NCBI GenBank assembly: GCA_016207165.1
Contig: JACQQD010000012.1
Span: forward strand, 32,001-96,000
Reading direction: 5' to 3'
Origin: Candidatus Micrarchaeota archaeon
GTDB lineage: Archaea > Micrarchaeota > Micrarchaeia > Norongarragalinales > Norongarragalinaceae
DNA length: 64,000 bases
A model generated the notes under the pieces. It saw only the letters and a program-made list of their open reading frames with translations, made no database searches and had not been told where the DNA came from. This document shows, piece after piece, positions 29,241 through 38,832 of this stretch. Made by a program: the position numbers and the translations under genes. Position 1 is the first letter of the stretch, and every line of letters begins with the position of its first letter.

Positions 29241-31295
29241 ATGGTCATCCGGAAAATCAGGAAACGCGACGGCCGGTTGGAGGACTTTGACCACAAGCGC
29301 ATTTCCACCGCGATTTTCAAGGCCGCCAAATCCGTGGGGGGCCAGGACTGGTCGCTGGCGGAAAAACTGACGGACGACGTGGTCCGGCAACTGGAAGCCC
29401 AATTCGCGGGCCAGACGCCGACCGTAGAGCAAGTCCAGGACCTCGTGGAAAAGACGCTCATTGAATCCGGGCACGCCAAGACCGCGAAAACCTACATTTT
29501 GTACCGCAAACAGCGCGCCGACATCCGCGACGTGCGGAAACTCATGGACTCCGACGAACTGGTGGACGGGTACCTGGGGGAAATGGATTGGCGCGTCAAG
29601 GAAAACGCGAACATGAGCTACAGCCTTCAGGGTCTTAACTTCCACATCTCTTCGGCCGTGATTTCCAGGTACTGGCTGAACAAGTTGTACCCGGAAAAAA
29701 TCGCTTCCGCCCATTCGTCCGGGGACTTCCACATCCACGACCTCGGCATTCTGGGGCCGTACTGCGTGGGCTGGGACCTCAAGGACCTTTTGTTGAACGG
29801 GTTTGGCCACGTGTCCGGAAAAATTTCAAGCAAGCCCGCCAGGCACTTCCGCACGGCTCTGGGCCAAGTCGTCAATTTCTTCTATACCTTGCAAGGCGAG
29901 GCCGCCGGAGCGCAGGCGTTTTCCAGCTTCGACTCGTATTTGGCGCCGTTCATCCGCTACGACGGACTGGACGAAAAGCAAGTCAAACAAGCCCTCCAGG
30001 AATTTGTTTTCAACATCAACGTGCCCACCCGCGTGGGCTTCCAGACGCCGTTTACCAACATCACCATGGACTTAAACGTGCCGAACATGATGAAAGGCGA
30101 GCCCGTCATTGCGGGCGGAACATTCCAGAACGAGGTATACGGCGACTTTCAGCCGGAACTGGACGTCTTGAATCAGGCGTTTGCCGAAGTCATGATGGAA
30201 GGCGACGCGCAAGAAAGGGTGTTCACGTTTCCCATTCCCACGTACAACATCACGAAAAACTTCAATTGGGACGCGCCGGTCGTGAAAAACGTGTTCGAAA
30301 TGACGGCCAAGTACGGCGTGCCATACTTTTCCAACTTTGTCAACTCCGACATGTCGCCGGAAGACGCCAGGAGTATGTGTTGTCGATTGAGGCTCGACAA
30401 CCGGGAACTGCGCAAACGCGGCGGAGGACTCTTTGGAGCCAATCCGCTTACCGGAAGCGTGGGGGTCGTCACCATCAACTTACCCCGCATTGGCTTTACG
30501 TGCAAGACCGAAGACGCGTACTTTGAAAAACTCGACGCCTTAATGGACTTGGCCAAAGAAAGCCTGGAAACCAAGCGCCACGTATTGGAAGGCTTCACGG
30601 AAAAAGGGCTGTACCCGTATTCACGGTACTACCTGCGCGACATCAAAAGCCAGTTCGGCCAATACTGGAAAAACCACTTCGCCACCATCGGCCTCATTGG
30701 AATGAACGAGTCCGTCCAGAACTTTTTGGGCGTGTCCATCGCCGACATCCAAGGCAAAGCCTTTGCACTCAAAATCCTCACCCACATGCGCAACCGCTTG
30801 GGCCAGTACCAGGAGGAAACCGGAAACATCTATAACCTGGAGGCCACTCCCGGCGAAGGCACGTCGCACCGCTTGGCGCGGCTGGACGCCGCCATGCACC
30901 CCGGCATCCGCGTGGCCAACCAAAACGCCGTCAACGTCCGCCAGGCCGCGGCATACTACACGAATTCCTCGCACCTACCCGTAGGCCACACGACGGACGT
31001 TTTCGAAGCCTTGGAACACCAAGACGAACTCCAAACCCAGTACACCGGCGGAACGGTGCTCCACGGATTTTTGGGAGAACAAGTCTCGGACTGGCGGACT
31101 GCCCGGGACTTGGTGCGCAAAATCGCGGAAAACTTCCACCTCCCGTACTTCACGTTGACACCCACGTTTTCCGTCTGCCCCAACCACGGGTACCTTGCGG
31201 GCGAGCATTTCTATTGCCCCACGTGCGACGAAGAAATCGGGTACGTTCAAGAAAAGGAGGAGAAAACCCATGGAAGCGCAATGCACCCCACATGA
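29241..31295 (+). CDS. nrdD: Anaerobic (class III) ribonucleoside-triphosphate reductase, large part lacking the glycyl-radical loop
   Basis: ATP cone (KRDG), HIHDL, SMCCRL finger loop, Zn site CPNHG...CPTC; stops before the RxxGY motif. Confidence 0.93.
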   Translation: MVIRKIRKRDGRLEDFDHKRISTAIFKAAKSVGGQDWSLAEKLTDDVVRQLEAQFAGQTPTVEQVQDLVEKTLIESGHAKTAKTYILYRKQRADIRDVRKLMDSDELVDGYLGEMDWRVKENANMSYSLQGLNFHISSAVISRYWLNKLYPEKIASAHSSGDFHIHDLGILGPYCVGWDLKDLLLNGFGHVSGKISSKPARHFRTALGQVVNFFYTLQGEAAGAQAFSSFDSYLAPFIRYDGLDEKQVKQALQEFVFNINVPTRVGFQTPFTNITMDLNVPNMMKGEPVIAGGTFQNEVYGDFQPELDVLNQAFAEVMMEGDAQERVFTFPIPTYNITKNFNWDAPVVKNVFEMTAKYGVPYFSNFVNSDMSPEDARSMCCRLRLDNRELRKRGGGLFGANPLTGSVGVVTINLPRIGFTCKTEDAYFEKLDALMDLAKESLETKRHVLEGFTEKGLYPYSRYYLRDIKSQFGQYWKNHFATIGLIGMNESVQNFLGVSIADIQGKAFALKILTHMRNRLGQYQEETGNIYNLEATPGEGTSHRLARLDAAMHPGIRVANQNAVNVRQAAAYYTNSSHLPVGHTTDVFEALEHQDELQTQYTGGTVLHGFLGEQVSDWRTARDLVRKIAENFHLPYFTLTPTFSVCPNHGYLAGEHFYCPTCDEEIGYVQEKEEKTHGSAMHPT

Positions 31296-31437
31296 AAACC
31301 TGGAAAACAAGCGAACGAAATGCGAAGTCTACAGGCCGCGGAACCGCGGGGGACACCTCCGCTTCGCTCCGGTTTCCCCCTCAGTTCTACGTTCCTCCGG
31401 ATCCCCCTTCCCACGAAAAGAGGACCAAGAGGTGTAA
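31270..31437 (+). pseudogene. Interrupted duplicate of the NrdD glycyl-radical peptide N-terminus
   Basis: MEAQCTPHENLENKRTKCEVY then unrelated sequence; AAGGAGG upstream. Confidence 0.55.
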
Positions 31438-31486
31438 GCATGCAGGAAAACCTGGAAAACAAGCGAACGAAATGCGAAGTCTACAG
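31294..31486 (+). repeat. 41-bp perfect direct repeat (31294-31334 and 31446-31486) around a 111-bp hairpin-rich spacer
   Basis: GAAAACCTGGAAAACAAGCGAACGAAATGCGAAGTCTACAG occurs twice. Confidence 0.92.
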
Positions 31487-31580
31487 CCGAGTCGTCGGAT
31501 ACCTTCGACCCGTAGACCAATGGAATGAAGGCAAGCAAGCCGAGTTCTCGGAACGCAAAACATACCGGGTCCAACCATGA
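31440..31580 (+). CDS. Stand-alone NrdD glycyl-radical domain (46 aa)
   Basis: CEVYSRVVGYLRPV..WN.GK..EF..RK; GAGGTG upstream. Confidence 0.88.
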   Translation: MQENLENKRTKCEVYSRVVGYLRPVDQWNEGKQAEFSERKTYRVQP

Positions 31581-32266
31581 GAATCGGCGGCTTCCAAAAG
31601 ACGACGCTGGTGGACTATCCCGGAAAAATCGCCTCGATCGTCTTTTTGTCGGGGTGCAACATGCGGTGCGGGTACTGCTACAATGCGCCGTTGGCCACAG
31701 GAAAACTGCCGGATTTAGGCGAGGAAAACGTTTTCCGCGAGATCTCTCAGAGAAAAAAGTACGTGGACGCCGTGGTCATCACCGGAGGCGAGCCCACGAT
31801 TTGGCCCGACCTGCCCCAACGCCTCCAACAACTCAAAAAAGAAGGGTTCCTGGTGAAGTTGGACACCAACGGCTTGAACCCCGAGAAACTCCGGCAAATC
31901 CTTGAATCCGGCGACGTGGACTTTGTCGCCATGGACGTCAAGGCGCCTTGGGCCAAGTACCAAGGCGTGTGCGGGGCCAGGCTTGACGAACGCCGCATCC
32001 ACGAAAGCATTGCCTTGCTTAAGCAAACCGGAGTGGACTACGAATTCCGAACCACCGTGGCACCCGGATTAACGCAGAACGATTTGCGCCGCATCGGCCA
32101 CATGCTTCTGCCGGCCAAGCGGTGGTTCCTGCAAGTGTTTCAGAAAACGGATTCCCTCATGGACCAAGGCGTCCTCACGCTTGCGGTCCTGACGCGGCAC
32201 CAAATCCATGACGTCGTCTTGGAATTCCAGGGAAGCTTCCAAGAATGCGCGCTTCGGGGCCCGTGA
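31577..32266 (+). CDS. nrdG: Anaerobic ribonucleotide reductase activating enzyme
   Basis: DYPGK, GCNMRCGYCYN, TGGEPT, KLDTNG, YEFRTT; overlaps the preceding stop. Confidence 0.92.
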   Translation: MRIGGFQKTTLVDYPGKIASIVFLSGCNMRCGYCYNAPLATGKLPDLGEENVFREISQRKKYVDAVVITGGEPTIWPDLPQRLQQLKKEGFLVKLDTNGLNPEKLRQILESGDVDFVAMDVKAPWAKYQGVCGARLDERRIHESIALLKQTGVDYEFRTTVAPGLTQNDLRRIGHMLLPAKRWFLQVFQKTDSLMDQGVLTLAVLTRHQIHDVVLEFQGSFQECALRGP

Positions 32267-32302
32267 ACGCTTTTTAAGATGGAATGCGTCATTGGACTGA
32301 CG

Positions 32303-33310
32303 ATGGCCAAACCCCACATTGCTTTCTTTGAACTGGAGCCATGGGAGAAAGGCTACTTCCAGAAAGCATTGACTGGATTCAACCTCCAATTCATTGACGG
32401 GCCTCTGAAACCCCAGGACATTTCCAAAGTCAAGGACGCCGACGCCATCGCCGCGTTCGTTTTCTCGAAATTCGACGCGGCCACCCTCAAAAAGCTCTCC
32501 AAACTCAAACTACTTTGCACCATGTCCACGGGCTTTGACCACGTGGACTTGAAAACCGCGAAAAAGCAAGGCGTCACCGTCTGCAACGTGCCGGAATACG
32601 GCTCGAACACCGTGGCCGAACACACGTTTGCCTTGCTGCTATCCATTTCCCGGAAAGTCCCGCAATCGCTTTCACGCATTCGGTTAAGCGATTTTTCGCG
32701 GGAAGGACTGCGGGGATTTGACTTGGCCGGAAAAACCATGGGCATCATCGGCATGGGCAAAATCGGCCGCCACGTGGCCCGCATCGCCCGCGGATTTGAA
32801 ATGAACGTGTTGGCCTGCGACCCGTTTCTGACGCAAAAAGAAGCCGAAATTTTATGCGTGGGCTGCGTGCCCCTCAAGAAACTGTTGTCCGAAAGCGACG
32901 TGATCACCCTCCACGCGCCCCTGACGGACAAGACACGCCACCTGATCAACACGCGAAACCTCAAACACGTCAAAAAAGGAGCCGTGCTCGTCAACACGTC
33001 GCGCGGCGCACTGGTTGAAACCCGCGCGCTTTTGGAAGGCCTCAAAAACGGCACTTTTTCGGCCTTGGGCTTGGATGTGTTGGAGGACGAAGGCGTCATC
33101 CAGGAAGAGAAAGCCTTGCTTCACCGCGCCTTTGCCGACAAAGTCAACTTGCGCCGCGTCCTAGAAGAACACGTGTTACTGGACTTGGAAAATGTGGTGG
33201 TCACGCCCCACAATGCCTTCAACAGCCAAGAGGCGCTGGAACGCATCCTGGACACCACGGCGGACAACATCAAGGCGTACTTCAAGAAAAAGCCCCGGAA
33301 CACCGTTTAA
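32303..33310 (+). CDS. D-isomer-specific 2-hydroxyacid (D-lactate) dehydrogenase
   Basis: STGFDHVD, GIIGMGKIG, NTSRG, TPHNAF. Confidence 0.9.
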   Translation: MAKPHIAFFELEPWEKGYFQKALTGFNLQFIDGPLKPQDISKVKDADAIAAFVFSKFDAATLKKLSKLKLLCTMSTGFDHVDLKTAKKQGVTVCNVPEYGSNTVAEHTFALLLSISRKVPQSLSRIRLSDFSREGLRGFDLAGKTMGIIGMGKIGRHVARIARGFEMNVLACDPFLTQKEAEILCVGCVPLKKLLSESDVITLHAPLTDKTRHLINTRNLKHVKKGAVLVNTSRGALVETRALLEGLKNGTFSALGLDVLEDEGVIQEEKALLHRAFADKVNLRRVLEEHVLLDLENVVVTPHNAFNSQEALERILDTTADNIKAYFKKKPRNTV

Positions 33311-33349
33311 ACGCAAACGCTTTAATCAGTCAACACCCGAAACAAGTCC

Positions 33350-33751
33350 ATGCACCTCGCCGTGTACGCCGGTAAAGAACCTGGAACATTAACCGCCCAC
33401 ATTCGGCCGCTCCAGAAAGTGCGGGCCCTGGAACGAGAAGTCAGCAAAAGCCGGGGAGAACTTAAGTTGGGCAACGAACTGAACAAGGTAAACATCACCG
33501 CAGCAAAGAAAAACGAGGAAGCAACCCGCGTCTTGCACTGGATACTGCAGCTAGTTGAAAACCACTTCGCCACGCAGGGACCCAACGCGGAAATCGGAGT
33601 CTTTTACGGTGGATTGGATTCGCACGAAAGCGAGCTTATTACCAGCATGATTCGAAACGCGAAATCCGCCGCCCAACTGGAAGAACAATTAAAGCGCGAG
33701 ACCACCAAGCCTACTGGAAAAGCGCAGGGCGGCTTTCGACTAATCAAATAA
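33350..33751 (+). CDS. Hypothetical protein
   Basis: 133-aa ORF filling the gap, TATA-like TTTAA upstream. Confidence 0.5.
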   Translation: MHLAVYAGKEPGTLTAHIRPLQKVRALEREVSKSRGELKLGNELNKVNITAAKKNEEATRVLHWILQLVENHFATQGPNAEIGVFYGGLDSHESELITSMIRNAKSAAQLEEQLKRETTKPTGKAQGGFRLIK

Positions 33752-34576
33752 TCAGACAACAAAAACGACGTTGTCAACCAACCGCGTTTTTCCAAGAAAA
33801 GCCGCCGCGGCCACCAGAACGCGGCCTTCCGGTTTTGAAACCGGTTCAAGCGTTTCCGCCGACGCCACACGAAAGTATTGGACGCGGAAACCGTTTTCCT
33901 CCAAAAAAAGTTTAGCCTCGTTTTCCACGTGGCGGGGTTTTTTTCCTTGGACGAGTTTTTTTTCCGCTTCCCTGAGAGCCGAATAAAGCAAGGGCGCTTT
34001 TTTTCTTTCTTGGTTGGAAAAATACACGTTTCGGCTGGACTTGGCCAACCCATCGATTTCCCGGATGGTGGGACAAACCACTACGTTCACGCCCAACTTC
34101 ATGGACTGAACCATTTCCTGGATGACCAAGAATTGTTGGAAGTCTTTCTGGCCAAAGTACGCCGTTTCCGGCTGAACGACATCGAATAGCTTCTTGACAA
34201 CGGTGCACACGCCGTCAAAATGCCCCGGTCGGAACTGGCCCTCCAAAGGAAGGGAAAGCGGGCCGGCGCGCACCGTGATTTCCGGCCCGTTTGGGTAGAG
34301 TTCCTGAACTGAAGGGGTGAACACCGCGTCCACGCCTTCCTTTTCCAGCATGTTCAAGTCACGGTCCAAATCGTGGGGGTACGCGTCGAAGTCTTCAGCT
34401 GGGCCAAACTGCGCAGGGTTGACGAAGATGCTTGCCACGGCAACGTCGTTTTCGTTTTTGGCGCGGCGGACGAGGCTTAAGTGGCCTTCGTGGAGAAAGC
34501 CCATGGTGGGAACGAACCCCGAGTTCTTGCCGTGCGCCCAGGCGCTCATTTGATTGGATTGCTTGAAAACCCACAT
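33752..34576 (-). CDS. panC: Pantoate-beta-alanine ligase, bacterial type
   Basis: VPTMGFLHEGH, SIFVNPAQF, RPGHFDGV, FGQKDFQQ, GLAKSSRN, RLVDN. Confidence 0.95.
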   Translation of the reverse strand: MWVFKQSNQMSAWAHGKNSGFVPTMGFLHEGHLSLVRRAKNENDVAVASIFVNPAQFGPAEDFDAYPHDLDRDLNMLEKEGVDAVFTPSVQELYPNGPEITVRAGPLSLPLEGQFRPGHFDGVCTVVKKLFDVVQPETAYFGQKDFQQFLVIQEMVQSMKLGVNVVVCPTIREIDGLAKSSRNVYFSNQERKKAPLLYSALREAEKKLVQGKKPRHVENEAKLFLEENGFRVQYFRVASAETLEPVSKPEGRVLVAAAAFLGKTRLVDNVVFVV

Positions 34577-34582
34577 GAAAAC

Positions 34583-34987
34583 TCATTTCAAAAGTTGCGC
34601 CAATTCGGCGATGGTAATCACCCTGATGGCCTGCTGGCGTTTTAGCTTTTTCTCTTGGCTGACAATGGGGCAACCCAGGGACATCGCCAAGGCGAAAAAG
34701 TCGACGTCGGCGGGGTCGGGACAAACGTCAAACGCCTTGGCGGTGCAGTGGGCATACGAGGATTTTGAAACGACGGAAACAGTTTCAGAAAGAGCCATGA
34801 CGCCCTGGAGAAGAGCATATCGTGAAACACCCATTCGCTCCGCGAATTCAGAAGCGTACTTGAAGAGTTCTTCAAAAAAGTAGTCGGGCACGTACAACTC
34901 AAGACGCGGATCCGTCAAAAGTCTTCGTGTCGAGCTGTCGCGAAGCAAAGCGGAAAAAAATACGTTGGAGTCAAGGACGAATTTCAT
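34583..34987 (-). CDS. PIN-domain toxin (VapC-like)
   Basis: VLDSNVFFSAL, DPADVDFFALA. Confidence 0.85.
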   Translation of the reverse strand: MKFVLDSNVFFSALLRDSSTRRLLTDPRLELYVPDYFFEELFKYASEFAERMGVSRYALLQGVMALSETVSVVSKSSYAHCTAKAFDVCPDPADVDFFALAMSLGCPIVSQEKKLKRQQAIRVITIAELAQLLK

Positions 34988-35211
34988 GGTGACGACCTAT
35001 GCCGCTTTGCAATCGCGGCATTGAGTCGCCTTCCTAACTCAATGGCATCTTTCTGGGTAAACTTAGATTTGGACGCCACTTCTTCCAAAAACTCCAGCTT
35101 GTCAATCTCGCTGGCAATGGCGTTTCGAAGCAGTCCACTCCAATTGACTTCCTCACGGGAATCCATCTTCTTTTTGAGGTCATCCGGGACGAAGACGCTG
35201 ACCGTAGCCAT
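34984..35211 (-). CDS. Putative RHH-type antitoxin
   Basis: MATVSVFVPDDLKKKM...EVNWS...R.AI; overlaps the PIN start (ATGA). Confidence 0.8.
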   Translation of the reverse strand: MATVSVFVPDDLKKKMDSREEVNWSGLLRNAIASEIDKLEFLEEVASKSKFTQKDAIELGRRLNAAIAKRHRSSP

Positions 35212-35313
35212 GACACACATGGGTAAAAAGACATTTATAACATTTTCGCTACAAACGGAGTACCTGGACGACATGGAATGGAAGAAAGATATAAAAACGG
35301 CGAATGATCCCAC

Positions 35314-35730
35314 TTGACCATGCACATACTGGTTCGCGAAGGACGCGCAGGCGGGTTGAAACTGGAGGTACGGAAAGCAGCCGCGGTAAGGGAAGCAATC
35401 CGTCCCGGAAAGAAAGAGCAGCTGAACGCGGAGGAAACGCAATCGCTTCGGGGCGTAGGAATAATAAAAACGGTGCAGCTGGACAATCCCGGAAACCTGA
35501 AACTTACTCTGACCAAGCTCACCATCGCACACTTCAGGACAAATGGACCCCGCGCCGGAATAACGTTGGATGTCGCGCATCCGCACGCGATTTCCGCGGG
35601 AAACCTGAGAACGCAACTGCGGGAAGCCCGCGAGCTCGTCGTCAAAGGAAAACTGCACACGAAAGCCAAAATCCAAGGAGGCCTGGACAAATACATTGAA
35701 CGGGCGGCATCAAAACAAACAAATAGGTAG
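35314..35730 (+). CDS. Hypothetical basic protein
   Basis: ORF opposite to the pan genes, TATAAAAA upstream. Confidence 0.5.
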   Translation: MTMHILVREGRAGGLKLEVRKAAAVREAIRPGKKEQLNAEETQSLRGVGIIKTVQLDNPGNLKLTLTKLTIAHFRTNGPRAGITLDVAHPHAISAGNLRTQLREARELVVKGKLHTKAKIQGGLDKYIERAASKQTNR

Positions 35731-36480
35731 TCAACGGAATCCGTGTTTTTCCTCGGGAAACTTTTTCTTCCGAACGTCCCGGACAAAGGATTCCACCGCG
35801 CTGCGGCTTTGGCCCTTGAGGTCGGCAAAGCGCTTGACGAATTTCGCGTCCAAGTCCGTGTAAAGCCCCAGCAAGTCCGGCAACACCAGCACCTGCCCGG
35901 AGCAATGCGGGCCCGCTCCAATGCCAATGGTCGGAATTTCAAGGGATTCCGTGATTTTCTTGGCCAACCCCGTCGGAATGCACTCCAACACGATCCAATC
36001 GCAGCCCGCTTTTTCCAGCGCCCGCGCGTCCTTGAGGATGGACTCGGCGGCTTGCGGGTCGCGGCCCTGGACTTCGTATTTTTCCAGCCATTGAGGCGTG
36101 AGGCCGACGTGGCCCATGACGGGCATGGTCCGCCAAACCTTGGAAACCGCCTTCAGGGTGGCGGGAGTCGCCCCTTCCATCTTGACGGCGTACGCCCCGA
36201 CGTCCTTGAATTTCTTGGCGTTTTGTTCCGCCTCCTCGACGGAGTCGTAGGAGTGAATCGGCATGTCGGCGATGACCGGCGTAATCTTTGCGCCCCGGCA
36301 CACGGCCTGGGTGTGCAACAGCATGGTCTCCAAGGACACGTGCTTGGTGTCCAAATCACCGTAGACCACCATGCCTACCGAGTCGCCGACCAGAAAATAG
36401 TCCGGCACGCCGTCAAGCGCCTTGGCAAAGGCGTAGTCGTAGCACGTTACCAACGCCAAGGGTTCGGACACAATAATCAC
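35731..36480 (-). CDS. panB: 3-methyl-2-oxobutanoate hydroxymethyltransferase
   Basis: TCYDY, LVGDS.GMV, ADMP, VKMEG, GHVGLTPQ, IGIGAG.CSGQVLV. Confidence 0.93.
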   Translation of the reverse strand: MIIVSEPLALVTCYDYAFAKALDGVPDYFLVGDSVGMVVYGDLDTKHVSLETMLLHTQAVCRGAKITPVIADMPIHSYDSVEEAEQNAKKFKDVGAYAVKMEGATPATLKAVSKVWRTMPVMGHVGLTPQWLEKYEVQGRDPQAAESILKDARALEKAGCDWIVLECIPTGLAKKITESLEIPTIGIGAGPHCSGQVLVLPDLLGLYTDLDAKFVKRFADLKGQSRSAVESFVRDVRKKKFPEEKHGFR

Positions 36481-37448
36481 AACTTGAATTGCTTGCGCAC
36501 CCGGGCACCGGTGCGGTTAACGTCTTTCTCTTTTTCTTCTTCCAATAGGCGCTTGGTCTCTGGAAAATCGTTCTTGGACTCGTTGGAAAACGCGTTCATG
36601 AACGCGCCGGATTCCACGTCGTCCAAGACTTTTTCCAGGCGTTTTTTGGTTTCCGGGCCAACGGCCTCTTTTCCTTGCATCAAACCGCCGTATCCGGCGG
36701 CCGAAGAAACGTTTTCCAGCATGCCATCCAACCCTTTTTCCACGTACATTTGCGTCAAGGCGCGCAGTTCGTAAAGCGTTCCCAAGTACGCCATTTCCTT
36801 GGAGTAACCCCGTTTGACGAGCACATCGTAGGATTGACGGATGAGTTCAGGCACGCCGCCGCATAAGATGGCTTGTTCGCCGAACAAATCACAGACGGCT
36901 TCATCCCGAAACGAGGATTCAAAGACTCCGGCATACGTGAAGCCCTGCGCATGCGCGTAAGACAAAACGGTTTGGCGGGCGGAACCGGAAACGTCCTGGT
37001 GGACGGCGAAAGTGGCCACCACCCCGGTTTCATCCAAGAAACCCGAACGCACTTTCTTTCCAGGACCGCTTGGGGCCACCAAAACCACGTCGCAATTGTT
37101 CTCGGGTTTAACCCAACCGAAGTGGATGGGCGAGCCGTGGGCAAAGACCAAGGTTTTTCCCGCTGCATGCGGCTTGATTTGCTCGAACACACCGCTTTGA
37201 ACGATGTCAGGAACGAGCATGGAAAGAACATGGGCTTTTTTCGCGGCGTCCTGGAAGGAGGCGGTTTGAAACCCGTCTTTTCGGGCTTGCTCCAAGCTTT
37301 TGCCGGGCCGTCCGCCCACCACGACGTCAAAGCCGCCGTCCTTGAAGTTGGCCGCCTGCGCTCGGCCTTGGATGCCGTAGCCTAGAATCGCAATGGTTTT
37401 GCCGGTCAAGGCGTCCAGCGCCACGTCGTTTTCTCGGTAGACCTTCAA
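36477..37448 (-). CDS. ilvC: Ketol-acid reductoisomerase (may serve as ketopantoate reductase)
   Basis: ILGYGIQG, APSGPG, DLFGEQAILCGG; TTG start inferred. Confidence 0.88.
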   Translation of the reverse strand: MKVYRENDVALDALTGKTIAILGYGIQGRAQAANFKDGGFDVVVGGRPGKSLEQARKDGFQTASFQDAAKKAHVLSMLVPDIVQSGVFEQIKPHAAGKTLVFAHGSPIHFGWVKPENNCDVVLVAPSGPGKKVRSGFLDETGVVATFAVHQDVSGSARQTVLSYAHAQGFTYAGVFESSFRDEAVCDLFGEQAILCGGVPELIRQSYDVLVKRGYSKEMAYLGTLYELRALTQMYVEKGLDGMLENVSSAAGYGGLMQGKEAVGPETKKRLEKVLDDVESGAFMNAFSNESKNDFPETKRLLEEEKEKDVNRTGARVRKQFKL

Positions 37449-37545
37449 CGCATACCCACCAAGGTATCCGATGGACGGCCGGGCATAAATAGAAAAGTTT
37501 TTAACTCGTGATTTCAATTGTATTACAAAGTAAAGCGTGTTGGAT

Positions 37546-37860
37546 ATGGAATTGGTGACGATTTCAGCGCGAATCCCAAAAACGCTCAACGACGAGTTGG
37601 AGGCGTATGCCGAGCAGAACGGGTATGCCACCAAGACCGAAGTCTTGCGGGACTGGATTCGAAAGGAGTTGGCGATGCAAAGCGTGCGGGCCATGGCCGG
37701 GGCGTTAAAAGGAAAGGTCAAGAATCCGCCGAAATCGTTCTCCGCGTGGCGCAAGAAGCGGTGGGATGACGCGCTTGCAAAAGCAGGCGGGGACGAACAC
37801 CGAGCCGTCCAAATCCTGAGGCGGGAAGAAAAAGAAGCGTCAAAGGGTTTTCGATTCTAG
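37546..37860 (+). CDS. Ribbon-helix-helix (CopG-like) protein, putative antitoxin
   Basis: TISARIPK.L..ELE......GY.TKTEVLR. Confidence 0.75.
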   Translation: MELVTISARIPKTLNDELEAYAEQNGYATKTEVLRDWIRKELAMQSVRAMAGALKGKVKNPPKSFSAWRKKRWDDALAKAGGDEHRAVQILRREEKEASKGFRF

Positions 37861-38282
37861 AGCCGGTCTAGGAATTCATTGAGCGACAACGATTTGCAAA
37901 AGGGCTTGGCCAACAACAAAAGCCGCCGGTCATTGCTTACCAGAACATCCAAGTGCTGACGGGCCAAGCAAACGTGCAGCCAATCATTCAAGCCCAGTTC
38001 ACCGGAAAACTGTTTGTTCAAGCGAATCGCCCAATCCAAGTCTGAACGCGTTTCTCGGAGCACAGACAATTTTCCTGCGCTCCGGAAGGAATCAAGGTGG
38101 TGCTGGAGCAGGAGCTTGGATTGCTCACCGCAGGCCAGTTGAATTTCTCTGAAACATATTTGAGAGGCGACAACCGAAAAACGACACGCAAGGCTCAATG
38201 CAAAGAATTGGTCAACCTGTTGCTCGTTTCGTTCTCCCAACAAATAGGCTACGTAAATGTTGGCATCTGGGTAAACCTTCAT
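37857..38282 (-). CDS. PIN-domain protein (VapC-like)
   Basis: VYPDANIYV, LNDWLH, LVSND. Confidence 0.8.
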   Translation of the reverse strand: MKVYPDANIYVAYLLGERNEQQVDQFFALSLACRFSVVASQICFREIQLACGEQSKLLLQHHLDSFRSAGKLSVLRETRSDLDWAIRLNKQFSGELGLNDWLHVCLARQHLDVLVSNDRRLLLLAKPFCKSLSLNEFLDRL

Positions 38283-38361
38283 TGATGTTCCATGCGCGGC
38301 GTCCCAAACGGAAAACTAGGATGAGGCATAAAAACCCAAGGACGGGTCCTGGCCGGTGAAG

Positions 38362-38766
38362 CTACAAAATGAAGGCGTGCACTTGCTTGACGCCCTTGGC
38401 TTTCTTGACTTCGTGGTACAAGGCTTTCAAGCGAGAGGCGTTTCCTTCCGCCATGAGCACCTGGATGCAGGCGTTCTGGCTTTGCTGGTGCACGCTGGTG
38501 GACACTTCATCCTCAAAATCGTGCAACACATGATCCACGTCGTGCTCGTGGTGCTTGTCGTGGGATACCACGAAAACCACTTTGTGAAACCCATCCAGTT
38601 CGTCGACGAGCTTGTATTCGTTCAAAAGAGCTTCCAAGCCGGCGCGCAACAATTTGGACCGGTTGGAAAAACCCAGTTTTTTCTGCATGGCGGAAAGCGC
38701 GGTGAGCTGGCCAGCTGGCAGGGAAATGCTGAGCACCTCGGAATTGGGTTTGTTAAGTTGGGCCAC
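38362..38766 (-). CDS. NikR-like metal-responsive regulator (RHH plus ACT-like domain)
   Basis: SISLP...GFSNRSKLLR, His-rich C domain with H...C. Confidence 0.78.
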   Translation of the reverse strand: MAQLNKPNSEVLSISLPAGQLTALSAMQKKLGFSNRSKLLRAGLEALLNEYKLVDELDGFHKVVFVVSHDKHHEHDVDHVLHDFEDEVSTSVHQQSQNACIQVLMAEGNASRLKALYHEVKKAKGVKQVHAFIL

Positions 38767-38832
38767 AAAAAACCACCATAATTAATAATTTTATAACCAA
38801 TATTTATTAACCCCGCCTTGAATGGAATTGCC

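Noticed and set aside
31294-31486. CRISPR array
   Set aside because: Only two repeat copies, the repeat is protein-coding, the spacer is 111 bp, and there are no cas genes. No CRISPR array was seen anywhere in the window.
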